Assembly (NCBI GenBank): GCA_000165345.1
Contig: CM000433.1
Coordinates: 928,001 to 992,000, forward strand
Length of the DNA stretch: 64,000 bases
Reading direction: 5' to 3'
A model generated the notes under the pieces. The model made no database searches. It saw only the letters and a program-made list of their open reading frames with translations, and was not told where the DNA came from. A program made the position numbers and the translations under genes. Below, piece by piece: positions 1-9,800 of this stretch (positions are counted from its first letter, which is position 1; each line of letters starts with the position of its first letter).

Positions 1-537
1 ATTTTGAAAATTCTACTTTTTACAATGTTTGGTGAAATTTTTACTTCAATTATATCCGCATTTTGTATGATTTTGGTACGATTTATTTTTGGAATTAGAT
101 CTTCAACATATTTCTTATCAGTTATAAGTTTATTAAGTACATTATTGCAATCTGTATTTTATTATTCTTGCTTTGTGGCCAGTGTTATAATTCTTCATTT
201 ATGGTATTTTCAAATTAATACCAATCCTGGTAATTTTCTTTATAATTTTATGATTAATAAAAATACTACTTTGGATTTAAAACATCATTTGTTGATTTAT
301 TTCTTTATTGAAGCTTTTATTTCTCTCATAGAAGTTTTAACCAGCATTCCAATTCTAGTTAGTATTATAAATTATGGTTTAACTAAAGAAATTGAAAAAA
401 TTAAAGGAAAACCTATAGTCGAATTCTATAATGTTAACCGGCCCATTACATACACTAATTACCAAAACTATGAAAAAGCATTTGAAAATTTAAATAATCA
501 ATCTTCTAGACCTGAAGCTCATTATGTGCAGATATAA
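1..537 (+). CDS. C-terminal fragment of a multi-pass membrane protein of unknown family. The ORF frame runs to the window edge, so the 5' end is missing.
   Basis: The open frame extends to position 1, and the track start at 4 is a TTG, not a real start. It encodes several hydrophobic helices followed by a hydrophilic tail. I recognise no domain. Confidence 0.4.
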   Translation: MLKILLFTMFGEIFTSIISAFCMILVRFIFGIRSSTYFLSVISLLSTLLQSVFYYSCFVASVIILHLWYFQINTNPGNFLYNFMINKNTTLDLKHHLLIYFFIEAFISLIEVLTSIPILVSIINYGLTKEIEKIKGKPIVEFYNVNRPITYTNYQNYEKAFENLNNQSSRPEAHYVQI

Positions 538-733
538 TATATCTTTCTCTTCCTTAATTATTATCATTGTTATACAGAATTACAATTCTAAACAAAGTTT
601 GTATAACTAATAGTCTAAATTTTAGCTCATTTATCTAAATTATATATATATTTCTTTTATTCATCCTCGCCATTTTTTTTTTAGAATGGTAATTTTCCAT
701 TCAATCTACTTATCAATTTATTTAATAGTAGCG

Positions 734-745
734 TTTGGCGCCAAA
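734..745. promoter_or_regulatory. E2F-like palindromic site TTTGGCGCCAAA about 70 bp upstream of the U1-C start.
   Basis: Exact 12-bp palindrome. TGGCGCCA / GGCGGGAA motifs are the over-represented E2F-like upstream motif described for Cryptosporidium (established knowledge). Confidence 0.45.
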
Positions 746-815
746 GCTATTTAATTATTTTTATTTCTATGAAAATAAAAGGTAAATTTTGTAAGAACAC
801 TAATTGGTATGAATA

Positions 816-1412
816 ATGCCAAAGTTTTACTGTGATTATTGCGATATTTACTTAACACATAGTTCTACAAATGGAAGAAAACAACATAATTTGGGTCGAA
901 AACATATTAACAATAAAATTGATCATTACAAGAATGTTATAAAAAGTCCAAGTTTCAGCGCACCATTAATGTTTGATTCGGAGTATAATGTTATTGGACA
1001 TTTAGGAAATGTTAGACAATTTCTACTAAATCTAGAAAAGCAACTTTCTGTTGACAAAAAACACACGAATAAACATGAAACAAAAGATAAAGAATCTGCA
1101 AAGCCTACATCTTATAAAAATAATAAAACACCTATAGGTAATAACAATAATCATAGTAATAATATAATTAAAGGAGGAAGCGGTAATGCTAATTATAATA
1201 CAGGAAATCCGTATGTAAATCAAGAAAGATTTCATTATAAAAGTACAAATTCCGGAGGAAATTCAGCTTTCGCAAACTATGGAAGACCGGAACATTCAAG
1301 TTATTCAAATAATTATAGTAATTATTATAGAGGCGGCCAGATTGACGACGGAGATGGTGGATCTCGAAGTTATAAAAAAGGACCTGTTCAAAACTACGGT
1401 GGTAGATATTAA
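816..1412 (+). CDS. SNRPC: U1 small nuclear ribonucleoprotein C (U1-C / Yhc1).
   Basis: The N-terminus [30 protein letters not shown] is the matrin-type C2H2 zinc finger that defines U1-C. The C-terminal tail is low-complexity and rich in N/G/Y. ATG at 816; single exon. Confidence 0.8.
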   Translation: MPKFYCDYCDIYLTHSSTNGRKQHNLGRKHINNKIDHYKNVIKSPSFSAPLMFDSEYNVIGHLGNVRQFLLNLEKQLSVDKKHTNKHETKDKESAKPTSYKNNKTPIGNNNNHSNNIIKGGSGNANYNTGNPYVNQERFHYKSTNSGGNSAFANYGRPEHSSYSNNYSNYYRGGQIDDGDGGSRSYKKGPVQNYGGRY

Positions 1413-1562
1413 TATATTAACTTTTTTTTTCAAATATGTATTGGAATTTAAACAATTTTCTTATTATTATTTTTCTTATTATTATTTTTTTTTTAATATT
1501 TTATTTATTTATTCTAATTTAATATATAATTCCATATTTAGACTTAAAATTTATTCAGTGAA

Positions 1563-2650
1563 TTAAGTAAAATATTGAGGCATTAAAGACATCATATTTT
1601 TTGAAAATTCACCTCTTCTTGGGGCAGTATCAAAAGTAAGAAATTGTTTGTTTTCATTCTCATCCAATTCCATCAATGCTGCTTGATTTCCACATCTATA
1701 ACAATAATTTGGAGCACTAAAAACAGTAACTACATTATCATCATGCGACCATGTATATCCATCCATAATAAGTTGGTGAGCTCTACAAATTGTTGAAAGC
1801 CCATTGGTATGAATAAATTTTTGACTAACATCTGGACCGAAAATAAACCCTGCTCCTCTTGGAGATGCTGACCATCTAAAAATAATATTGTTAAGTTAAA
1901 TTGATAAAATATTAATGAATTATATTGAACTTACCCTGCTTTCTCATCAGGATCAGACCAAAGTAAATCACACATTGGACCCTCATGTGGTATTTCCTGA
2001 AATCTATTAATAGAATCAATTTCATCAATTGTTAAAGCTCCAGGAGAAAGACCACCATGATCACAAAACATATGGTGTTCAACCAAAGCGCCAAGAGGTA
2101 GGTAATCAAACATATCAGTCAATTCATGCCATATTGACGCATTACCATATTTTCTTAAACATTCATCATAAAATCCGTATATTTGTGAAATATGCCTACA
2201 TTCATGGTTACCTCTTAAAATAGTTACTTTGTCTTTGTATCTTATTTTAAGTGCCATGATTAAACATATACATTCAATACTATGATATCCTCTATCAACA
2301 TAATCACCAAGAAATAAATAATTAACATCAGGAGGCATCCCACCAATTCTGAATAGCTCTAATAAGTCAAAGAATTGTCCATGTATATCTCCTGCAATAG
2401 TTACTGGGCATCTCACCTTTTGTACATTTGATTCATTAATTAGAATCTCTTTAAGTTTTGAACATAATTGTTTAATATTATTGGATGATAAAGGCTTACA
2501 AGAAAGAAGTTTTTCAATACATTTATCCAAATCAAATGGTTCATTTTCATTGGTTTCTAGTATAAATCCATTGATTACCGGTTCTTTGGAAACATTCTCT
2601 TTTTCTATCGAACCCACTTCTTGACTCTGAGATATATTTTCCAAATCCAT
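1563..2650 (-). CDS. PP2A-type (PPP family) Ser/Thr phosphatase catalytic subunit, two exons: join(1935..2650, 1563..1875) on the minus strand, with a 59-nt intron at 1876..1934 (GTAAGT...TTTTAG).
   Basis: Exon 1 carries LDKCIEKL...[18 protein letters not shown]...[10 protein letters not shown]...LRGNHE. The junction reads EKAG|[16 protein letters not shown]. Exon 2 carries [20 protein letters not shown]...FDTAPRRGE, which is closest to the PP2A C-tail. Donor GCAGG|GTAAGT, acceptor TTTTAG|ATGGTC. The phase is consistent and the total is 342 aa. Confidence 0.8.
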
Positions 2651-4174
2651 TATATTTAAAAATTTGCTTATTTAGTAAGCAATCTAAATAGAAGAACGTA
2701 TTATTTAATAATATCAATAATAATAATAGTTCCAAAAATTTCAAGACCTTGGGTATTTTTGAAAATACATAATAATTGGATTACTAATTGTAATTTTTTG
2801 TTTAAAAATGTATTATCACTAGAGTAGATATTTAATTTAACTCCAATTATTTATGTATTTTATTTATTTATTCCTTGTTATTTTTTAATTTTTAAGACTC
2901 GCCTCACAGTTTTTTTTAATGAAATTATATTTCTATAAATTAATATTTTATATTAAATTACAAATTATTAAATTTTTATTTGGATTAACAAAATAACTGA
3001 GTTCCCGCCATTTAATTGTATATAATAAAACAATTGCAAGGAAAAAAAAAAAGAAAATTCAGATATAAAAATTATATTAGGGTAATGATGCATGGAAGGC
3101 TTTACTTAAATATCAAATGAATCAATTTAATAAAATTTGATAGAAAATATCAAAGCTTATAGGAAGCTCACAATAGTGCCTTTTGAAAAACTATATAAGT
3201 TATCAAATACTACTACTCTTTGCTAAGATCCCCAATAAGTTCAAATTTTCAATTGAATGTATTATACATGTATTGAATACAAAAAAGATAATACACACAT
3301 GTATACACTTTACAAACACCATACATTTATTGTTAAAAAAAAAGAAAAAGTCATTTGTGACGCCTTACAAATTTACTTTGTTTTTAGTACAATTATAGAT
3401 AAGTTGGTGGTTTAGAGAAAAAAAAACAATGAACAAACTTATATGAACAAAATATGCAAAATAGAATTCTTGAAATTAATTAAGAAATAAATATTCGAGT
3501 TATGTCTAGAAAGTTTTAAATTATTCAAAAAAAGGATGACTATTTCTACTTTCCTTTAGAAAAATACATATTAAATTATCTCTCTTTTTTTCTTCCCCTC
3601 TAAATTCTTTTCTTTCTCCTCCTCACCTTAATAATAATATAATGTAAATAATTGCACTAAATAAATTATACTGGACATTTGGCGCCGAAATATTATGTGG
3701 CCCAATTTTTAAATAATAAAAAAGTGGGGTGAATGACATTTGGGCGGCAATGTGTAAACAAAAATTGGCATGTAAAACTAGTAAAAGTAAATGTAATTAA
3801 ATAGATTTAGAGTGAATAAATATTAATATTCATATTTATATGCAACTATAAGAAGGTTAAAAGATTAGAAAGAGTATCATTTAACTCTGTTGAGAAAACA
3901 ATATAAATAACGATATATAATTGGTAGAATTAATTAAATCGTTATTTTATTGTAATTATTATTTTTCAACATCTAGTATAAATAATAGTAAAATCAATAT
4001 ATAAATATAAATTTATATTTGTATTTATATATAAATATATATATTTATTTATTTGTTTTGTATGGATAAGTAATAAATTTGTGAAAGAGAGAAATTTGAA
4101 ACAAAATCATTTAGAAAAAAAAAACAAAGAAATAAATACAAATAGAATATATGAATACAAAGTAAGAGTATAAA

Positions 4175-5530
4175 ATGAACTCATGTAATAGTTTGGGCTT
4201 ATGCTCAGCAGAATCTGAATCTCCAATATTGCAACATAATTATGATAGTGTAGATACAAATGGAAATACATCATTTGGAAGAACAAATATGTCAAGAAGA
4301 GATGATTTTTGTTGTATGAGTGATCGAAATGTAGAAGATAATGAAAACGATTCATTTATACCTCAAGATTGTTGTAGTTCAAATCCAAGAATAGTAGAAG
4401 ATAGCAATCAAGATTCGGTTTCATCTCCAGGAGGTAATGCTCAAATAGTAACAGTTCCACTAGTACAAGAAGTGAATGTAAGGGATAGAATAATAGAAGT
4501 TCCTGAAGTACATATAACACAGAAAATTCGTCAAAAAGTCATAGTAAAAGATGTAATTAGAAAGGTTCCAAAACAAGAAATTCAATATGTAGATAAATTT
4601 GTTGAAGTACCAGAAGTAAGAATTGTAGATAAATTTGTATCTAAACCTGTAACAAAATATGTTGAAAGGCATGTACCGAAAGTAGAAGTACGTGAAATAG
4701 TTAAGGAAATACCAAAAATTGAGATACAATATGTTGAGAAGATTGTAGAAGTACCAGAAATAAGAGTTGTAGATAAAATTGTTGAAATACCAACAATTAA
4801 ACATGTAATTAAAGAAGTACCAAAAATTGAAATAAAAGAAATACAAGTCGAAAAAATAGTTAAAGTACCAAAAATTGAGATAAAACAAATAGAAAAAGAA
4901 AGAAAAGTATTGGGCCCAGTAGAATATATTGATATACCTATAGAAAAGATTATATTAAAGCCAAATCCTCAAATTATTGAAAAGATTGTTCAAGTACCAA
5001 TACCAAAAGAAGTTGAAATTGAGGTACCTGTATATAATCCAGATATTAGAGATACTGTTGAAATAGAAGTTGATAATTATTATACTGTTGAAAAAGAAGT
5101 TGAAGTTCCTATACCTGGAAGAATTATTCCTGTACCAGTTGAAGTAGAAGTTGAGAAGATTGTTGAAGTACCTGTACAAGTTCCACAAGAACATATTAGA
5201 ATTGTACAAAAACAAGTACCTCAATATATTGAACACATTAGAACTGTTGAGATTCCTCAATACCAAGATGAGTTTGTTGAGGTTCCACAATATGTTCCAA
5301 TGGTACATCATACTATTATTAAACCTGTTGTATCTCAAGAATATAAAGAACTTCCTCCTGTTGTTGAGCAAGGAGATGTTAGATATGTCAAGGAGCCTCC
5401 ACAGTATTTAGAAACTGAATATATTCATGGAGAGCCTATTGAACTAGACTGCAATACTCCTCTTCCAGCTCCTCCATCTCCTAGATATACTACAATTAAG
5501 GTTAACAGTGCAAATAATAGGGATAGTTAG
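4175..5530 (+). CDS. Alveolin / inner-membrane-complex (IMC) repeat protein.
   Basis: About 280 aa of tandem EKIVEVPE / KFVEVPEVR / VEVPVQVP repeats. This is the diagnostic alveolin repeat of Alveolata. The N-terminus is Cys-rich (CC, CCSS). Confidence 0.75.
   Translation: MNSCNSLGLCSAESESPILQHNYDSVDTNGNTSFGRTNMSRRDDFCCMSDRNVEDNENDSFIPQDCCSSNPRIVEDSNQDSVSSPGGNAQIVTVPLVQEVNVRDRIIEVPEVHITQKIRQKVIVKDVIRKVPKQEIQYVDKFVEVPEVRIVDKFVSKPVTKYVERHVPKVEVREIVKEIPKIEIQYVEKIVEVPEIRVVDKIVEIPTIKHVIKEVPKIEIKEIQVEKIVKVPKIEIKQIEKERKVLGPVEYIDIPIEKIILKPNPQIIEKIVQVPIPKEVEIEVPVYNPDIRDTVEIEVDNYYTVEKEVEVPIPGRIIPVPVEVEVEKIVEVPVQVPQEHIRIVQKQVPQYIEHIRTVEIPQYQDEFVEVPQYVPMVHHTIIKPVVSQEYKELPPVVEQGDVRYVKEPPQYLETEYIHGEPIELDCNTPLPAPPSPRYTTIKVNSANNRDS
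4450..5300 (+). repeat. In-frame coding tandem repeats (alveolin EKIVEVP-type units). They also create spurious antisense ORFs at 4460..4888 and 4955..5371.
   Basis: Repeated GTTGAAGTACCAGAA-like units are visible in the DNA and the protein. Confidence 0.6.
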
Positions 5531-5680
5531 AATTTATTATTATTATTATTGTTATCATCGTCGTAATTACTAATTTAATTGATATTTTAATTAAAAATGT
5601 AACTATCTCATTTCATCTAAATCCATACTTTCTAAATAATATTGAAGACAATTTAGATGTCATGATCAAACTTCATGTAA

Positions 5681-5884
5681 TCCCCCCTCACTAATGCTGA
5701 AGAGGGTCAACAAAATCATGAAGTGACCTCCCCACCCTACATTTGACGACCGGCATAACCCCGGAACCAACACAAAACGCGTGCCCTTGAGCTACGTCTA
5801 GGAGGGGAGGAAGGGTCTCTAACGACCTGGATAAAACTAAAACTACGTTTAAGTGATACATTGGTTTCATTGGTGGGTGGGTTT
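5681..5884. other. Unassigned GC-rich block (about 55% GC against a 30% background), contiguous with the U2 snRNA 3' end. Candidate structured RNA or extended U2 3' domain.
   Basis: On the minus strand it ends with a Sm-like element followed by a terminal hairpin: CAUGAUUUUGUUGA then CCCUC-UUCAGCAUUAGU-GAGGG(GGG). There are internal hairpins: CCGG-GGUUAUG-CCGG and GGUC-GUUAGA-GACC. There is no coding potential; the overlapping ORFs 5691..5978 and 5737..5982 are artefacts. It is not recognisable as U1/U4/U5/U6. Confidence 0.3.
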
Positions 5885-6093
5885 GACCTGGGAAGGTCAG
5901 AGGGTATGCTGCACAAGTCGGTAGTGTAAGGACGAGGCAACAATTTGAACGAGACATGAGCAAGCTCAGAGATCGCATTCACCCAGAAAAAAATTTCTGT
6001 GACTATTAATAGGTCCCGTAGGACCCATATCAGTTGTCACACTGATAAGAACAGATACTACACTTGATCATAGCCAAAAGGCCGAGAAGGTAT
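5880..6093 (-). ncRNA. U2: U2 spliceosomal snRNA.
   Basis: Minus-strand 5' end ATACCTTCTCGGCCTTTTGGCTATGATCAAGTGTAGTATCTGTTCTTATCAG is near-identical to the universal U2 5' region, including the branch-point-binding GUAGUA and stem-loop IIa CUUAUCAG. Further elements follow: stem-loop IIb GGTCCTACGGGACC, Sm site AAATTTTTTTCTGG, and a GAGCTTGCTC stem-loop III loop. The 3' end is approximate, give or take 20 nt. Confidence 0.85.
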
Positions 6094-6842
6094 GCCCGTC
6101 TCCAGATTTTTTTTCTTAATTTGTATGCTCAACACGATTTGATGATGGTTCTGAAAATTCAATTATTTAAATTTAGGCGGGAAATACTATTAACCACAAA
6201 GTAAACTAATTTTTTTTCACATCAATGCTTACTATTTAAATAATTTAATCTAGTAAAGTATTACTTAGAAAAATATAATAAATAATTTATTAATCTTTTT
6301 ACTCAGAAAGAAAAGTGGAAAATGTTTAAACTATGTTCATTTTTTTAAAATATATATTTAATTTAATTGCAAATATTTATATTAATTTTATTGTAATTGT
6401 TTTCCCCAAATTTATTAAAAAAAAAATTGGCGGTAACTAATGCACTTTAAAAATTCTTGACATTTTTGCTGATAACTTTTTGGGCGGGCATTCCAAAAAA
6501 ATTAATTTTCGGTTTAAATTCTTAATTACTAGTTAAATCTTGAAATTTTCGAGTAAAAGGTAAAATTTGACCATAAAATTAACGTGTAAACGGATTAGAA
6601 ATAAAATATTTTGCTTATAACTTTTTACTAACTGGATTAAAGATATTATTTAATTGCTTTCAAGAATTTAATTATTCAAGTTTTTTATAGCAATTTTAAT
6701 GAATGAATATATTTTAATTCTGAATTAGGATGAAATAAGCAAGTAAATTAGAAATTATTATTAATTGTTATTATTATCGTTATTGTTATAACAATTATAC
6801 TAACTAACTAAATACTCTAATTTCTTAACAAATTTAATAAAA

Positions 6843-9800
6843 ATGATACCGGAGAAAATATTGGAAGAAAATCTGTTAGAACATGATTTACAAGGTTCAA
6901 ATGCATTAGTTCTACCAACTTCGAAAATTGAGAGAAAGAGAATACATCAAGAAAATAACTATTCAGAATCTGATCAGAATAGTGGGAGGCCATGTAAAGA
7001 GAAAAAAATGAGTAACAGAAAGAAAAGGAAGTTAAAACAATTAGAAGAGAAAAAAAGACTAAATAAGATACATGAAGATTTGACAAATGATTTAAAGAAG
7101 TATACTTTAAGTGATCAGGAGCTTCAGCTTATGATGGGCATTACAAATACAAGAATGAATAACAGACAAAAGCAAATACTTAGAAGTAGATATTTAGCAG
7201 CAAAGTTGGAATTACCAGATTTTCTTAAATTAAAAGATTGCTCTTCTAAATCAAAGAATTATATTTCCGAATCTGAATCTGAATCTGAATCTGAATCTGA
7301 ATCTGAATCCAAGTATGAATTTAAACCTGAACCTGAACCTGAACCTAAACCTAAACCTGAATATGAACCTGAATTTGAACCTGAAAATTCTAAAGTTGAT
7401 GATTTAGTTCATTCTACTGATCATGATAAAGAATTGAAATCCGAGAATGTAAATTTTGATTCAGAATCAAAATTAGAATTGAAAAAAAATGAGCAATTAA
7501 AAAAAGAAAGTCAGAAGAAAGAAAGTAAAGGTCGTTATATAAGGAAATACACGTCACTTGTAATAAAGAATGATAATGATAGACCAATCATTAATAGAAC
7601 TCCTGAAATAGAGTTTCAACGTTCAGAATTACCTGTTAGAGTTTATGAATTTGAGATTTTGGATGCTATTGAGAATAATGATGTTGTTATTGTAACAGGA
7701 GCAACAGGAAGTGGTAAATCAACTCAAGTACCTCAATTACTATATGAATCAGGATATTGTCCATTAAAGAAAGGAGAAAACAATAATAATGTAAATGAAG
7801 GTCAAAAAAGATATATGATAGGTTTAACACAACCAAGAAGGATTGCAGCAACATCATTAAGTAACAGAATAGGCGAAGAATTGAATGACTCAAAAGTTGT
7901 TGGATATCAAATACGTTATGATAAAAAGAATTGTACAAATGAAACAGTAATTAAAGTAATGACAGATGGTGTTTTATTACAAGAAATACAAAAAGATTTA
8001 TTATGTTCAAAGTATAGTGTTATATTAATAGATGAAGCACATGAAAGAACAGTAAATACCGATATTTTGATTGGATTATTATCTAGAATTGTAATATTTA
8101 GGAGAGAGGAGTATATTAGGAAAACTAAACAAGGATTAGAAGATAAATTACCACCATTAAAACTTATAATAATGTCAGCAACTTTAAGAGTTACTGATTT
8201 TTCAGAAAATCCCAAATTATTTTCAAAACCTCCTCCTGTTATTAATATAGAGACTCCAAACTTTCCTGTTACCCTTCACTTCAGCAAAACTACTCCAAAA
8301 GATTATATATCAGCAGCTTATAAAAAGATTCAACAAATTCATAATAGGCTTCCTCCTGGTTCTATTTTAGTTTTTGTAACAGGTAAGAAGGAAGTTAACC
8401 TATTGGTAAATTTGATCAATAATAAGGGGAAAAATAAAGCCAAAAGAAATTGTCTATTAAACAATACAACAAATTCTAAGATGAATATGCTTTTGGACTT
8501 TACGGAGAATAACCTCGAAGAGGAGGAGTTGGAGGAATTAGAAGAGGAGGAGGAGGAGGAAGAAGAAGAAGAAGAAGAAGAAGATGAAGAAGAAGAAGAA
8601 GAAGAAGAAGATGAAGATGATGATGATGAATTAGAAGAAGAGGAATTAGATGAATTAGAACAAGAGGAATTAGAAGAAGAGGAAAAAGAACAACAAAAAG
8701 AACAAGAAAATGAGGGAAGCAAAAACGTTTGGGAAAGTTTTGGCAAGAAGGATATCAGGAAGCGAAAAATAAGGCTTCACAAAGATGTGGATTCGTCTGT
8801 ATGGAAAGGTGGAGGAGTTATTGAGGAAGATGATAGTATGGAAGAAAAAGATTCAGCGAAAAAAGAAGAAGGAAATAAAGATAAGAAACCAGAAAATATT
8901 AAGATTCAACTTATAGCAATTCCCTTATATGCATCCATGAGCTTTGATGAACAAAAAAAAGCATTCAAATTGCCTGAATCTAATAATATAAGACACGTAA
9001 TCATTTCAACAAATGTTTCTGAAACTTCAATTACTATTCCAAATGTAAGGTATGTAATAGATACAGGTAAAGAAAAAAGAAGAGAATATACTAAAGGATC
9101 AGACTCTTCTCATTTTACTGTAGAATGGATTTCAAAAGCTTCAGCAAGCCAAAGATCTGGAAGAGCTGGAAGAGTTGGACCAGGTCATTGCTATAGACTT
9201 TACTCTTCACCAATCTACGAAAATATATTTCCAAAATTTGCTCCAATTGATATTTTATCAATACCTCTTGATTCTGTATTGTTATACATGCATTCTTTGG
9301 GAATACCAGATATTGTGGATTTCCCATTTCCCACTCCACCTGAAAAGTCACAAATAGATCAAGCTTATCAGCTTCTAACTATTCTTGGATCAGTTGAAAG
9401 CAGGAAATCCAAATATATATTAACTAACCAGGGAATTTCCATCTCGAGTTTTCCATTACCACCAAGATATGCAAAGATATTACTTTTAACAACGGCCTAT
9501 ATAAGAAAGAATTTGATAAGTGATGATTTAAAATCTTCTATAGAACTTTTACAACAAGTTTGTATATTAGTTTCATATTTATCAATAGGAAATTTAAGAG
9601 ATGAAAGTTTTTTATCAGATATTCAAAAAGAACATAATCAAGGAATAAAGAATGTTGATCATCAGAATTTGAATGATGATTTTGAATCATTTCCCTCAAA
9701 TTTAGGAAATGATATTGAAATTAATTTATGGTTTTGTATTAAATATTTGGAATATTATGGCTCAGGAAGAAAACATGAAAGATCTCTTTCTGATAAATTC

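Noticed and set aside
3183-3398. Small ORFs in intergenic spacers: 3183..3398, 15797..16021, 22549..22749, 39160..39375, 52089..52274.
   Set aside because: AT-rich, low-complexity, no start context and no similarity. Consistent with random ORFs in promoter DNA.
4460-5371. Minus-strand ORFs of 142 and 138 aa, rich in F/Y/N.
   Set aside because: They are antisense to the alveolin repeat array and are composition artefacts of the repeat.
5885-5905. GGGAAGGTCAGAG on the plus strand resembles the CR-I element of eukaryotic RNase P RNA.
   Set aside because: It is the antisense of the U2 3' stem region. There is no matching CR-V / P4 partner, and no room for a 260+ nt P or MRP RNA. Treated as coincidence.
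5691-5982. Two minus-strand ORFs of 95 and 81 aa.
   Set aside because: They lie inside the GC-rich U2 snRNA island. Their proteins are Pro/Arg/Ser-rich nonsense, and the open frames arise from GC content, not from coding.
8339-8746. Minus-strand poly-Ser ORF of 135 aa.
   Set aside because: Antisense of the helicase poly-Glu (GAA)n tract.
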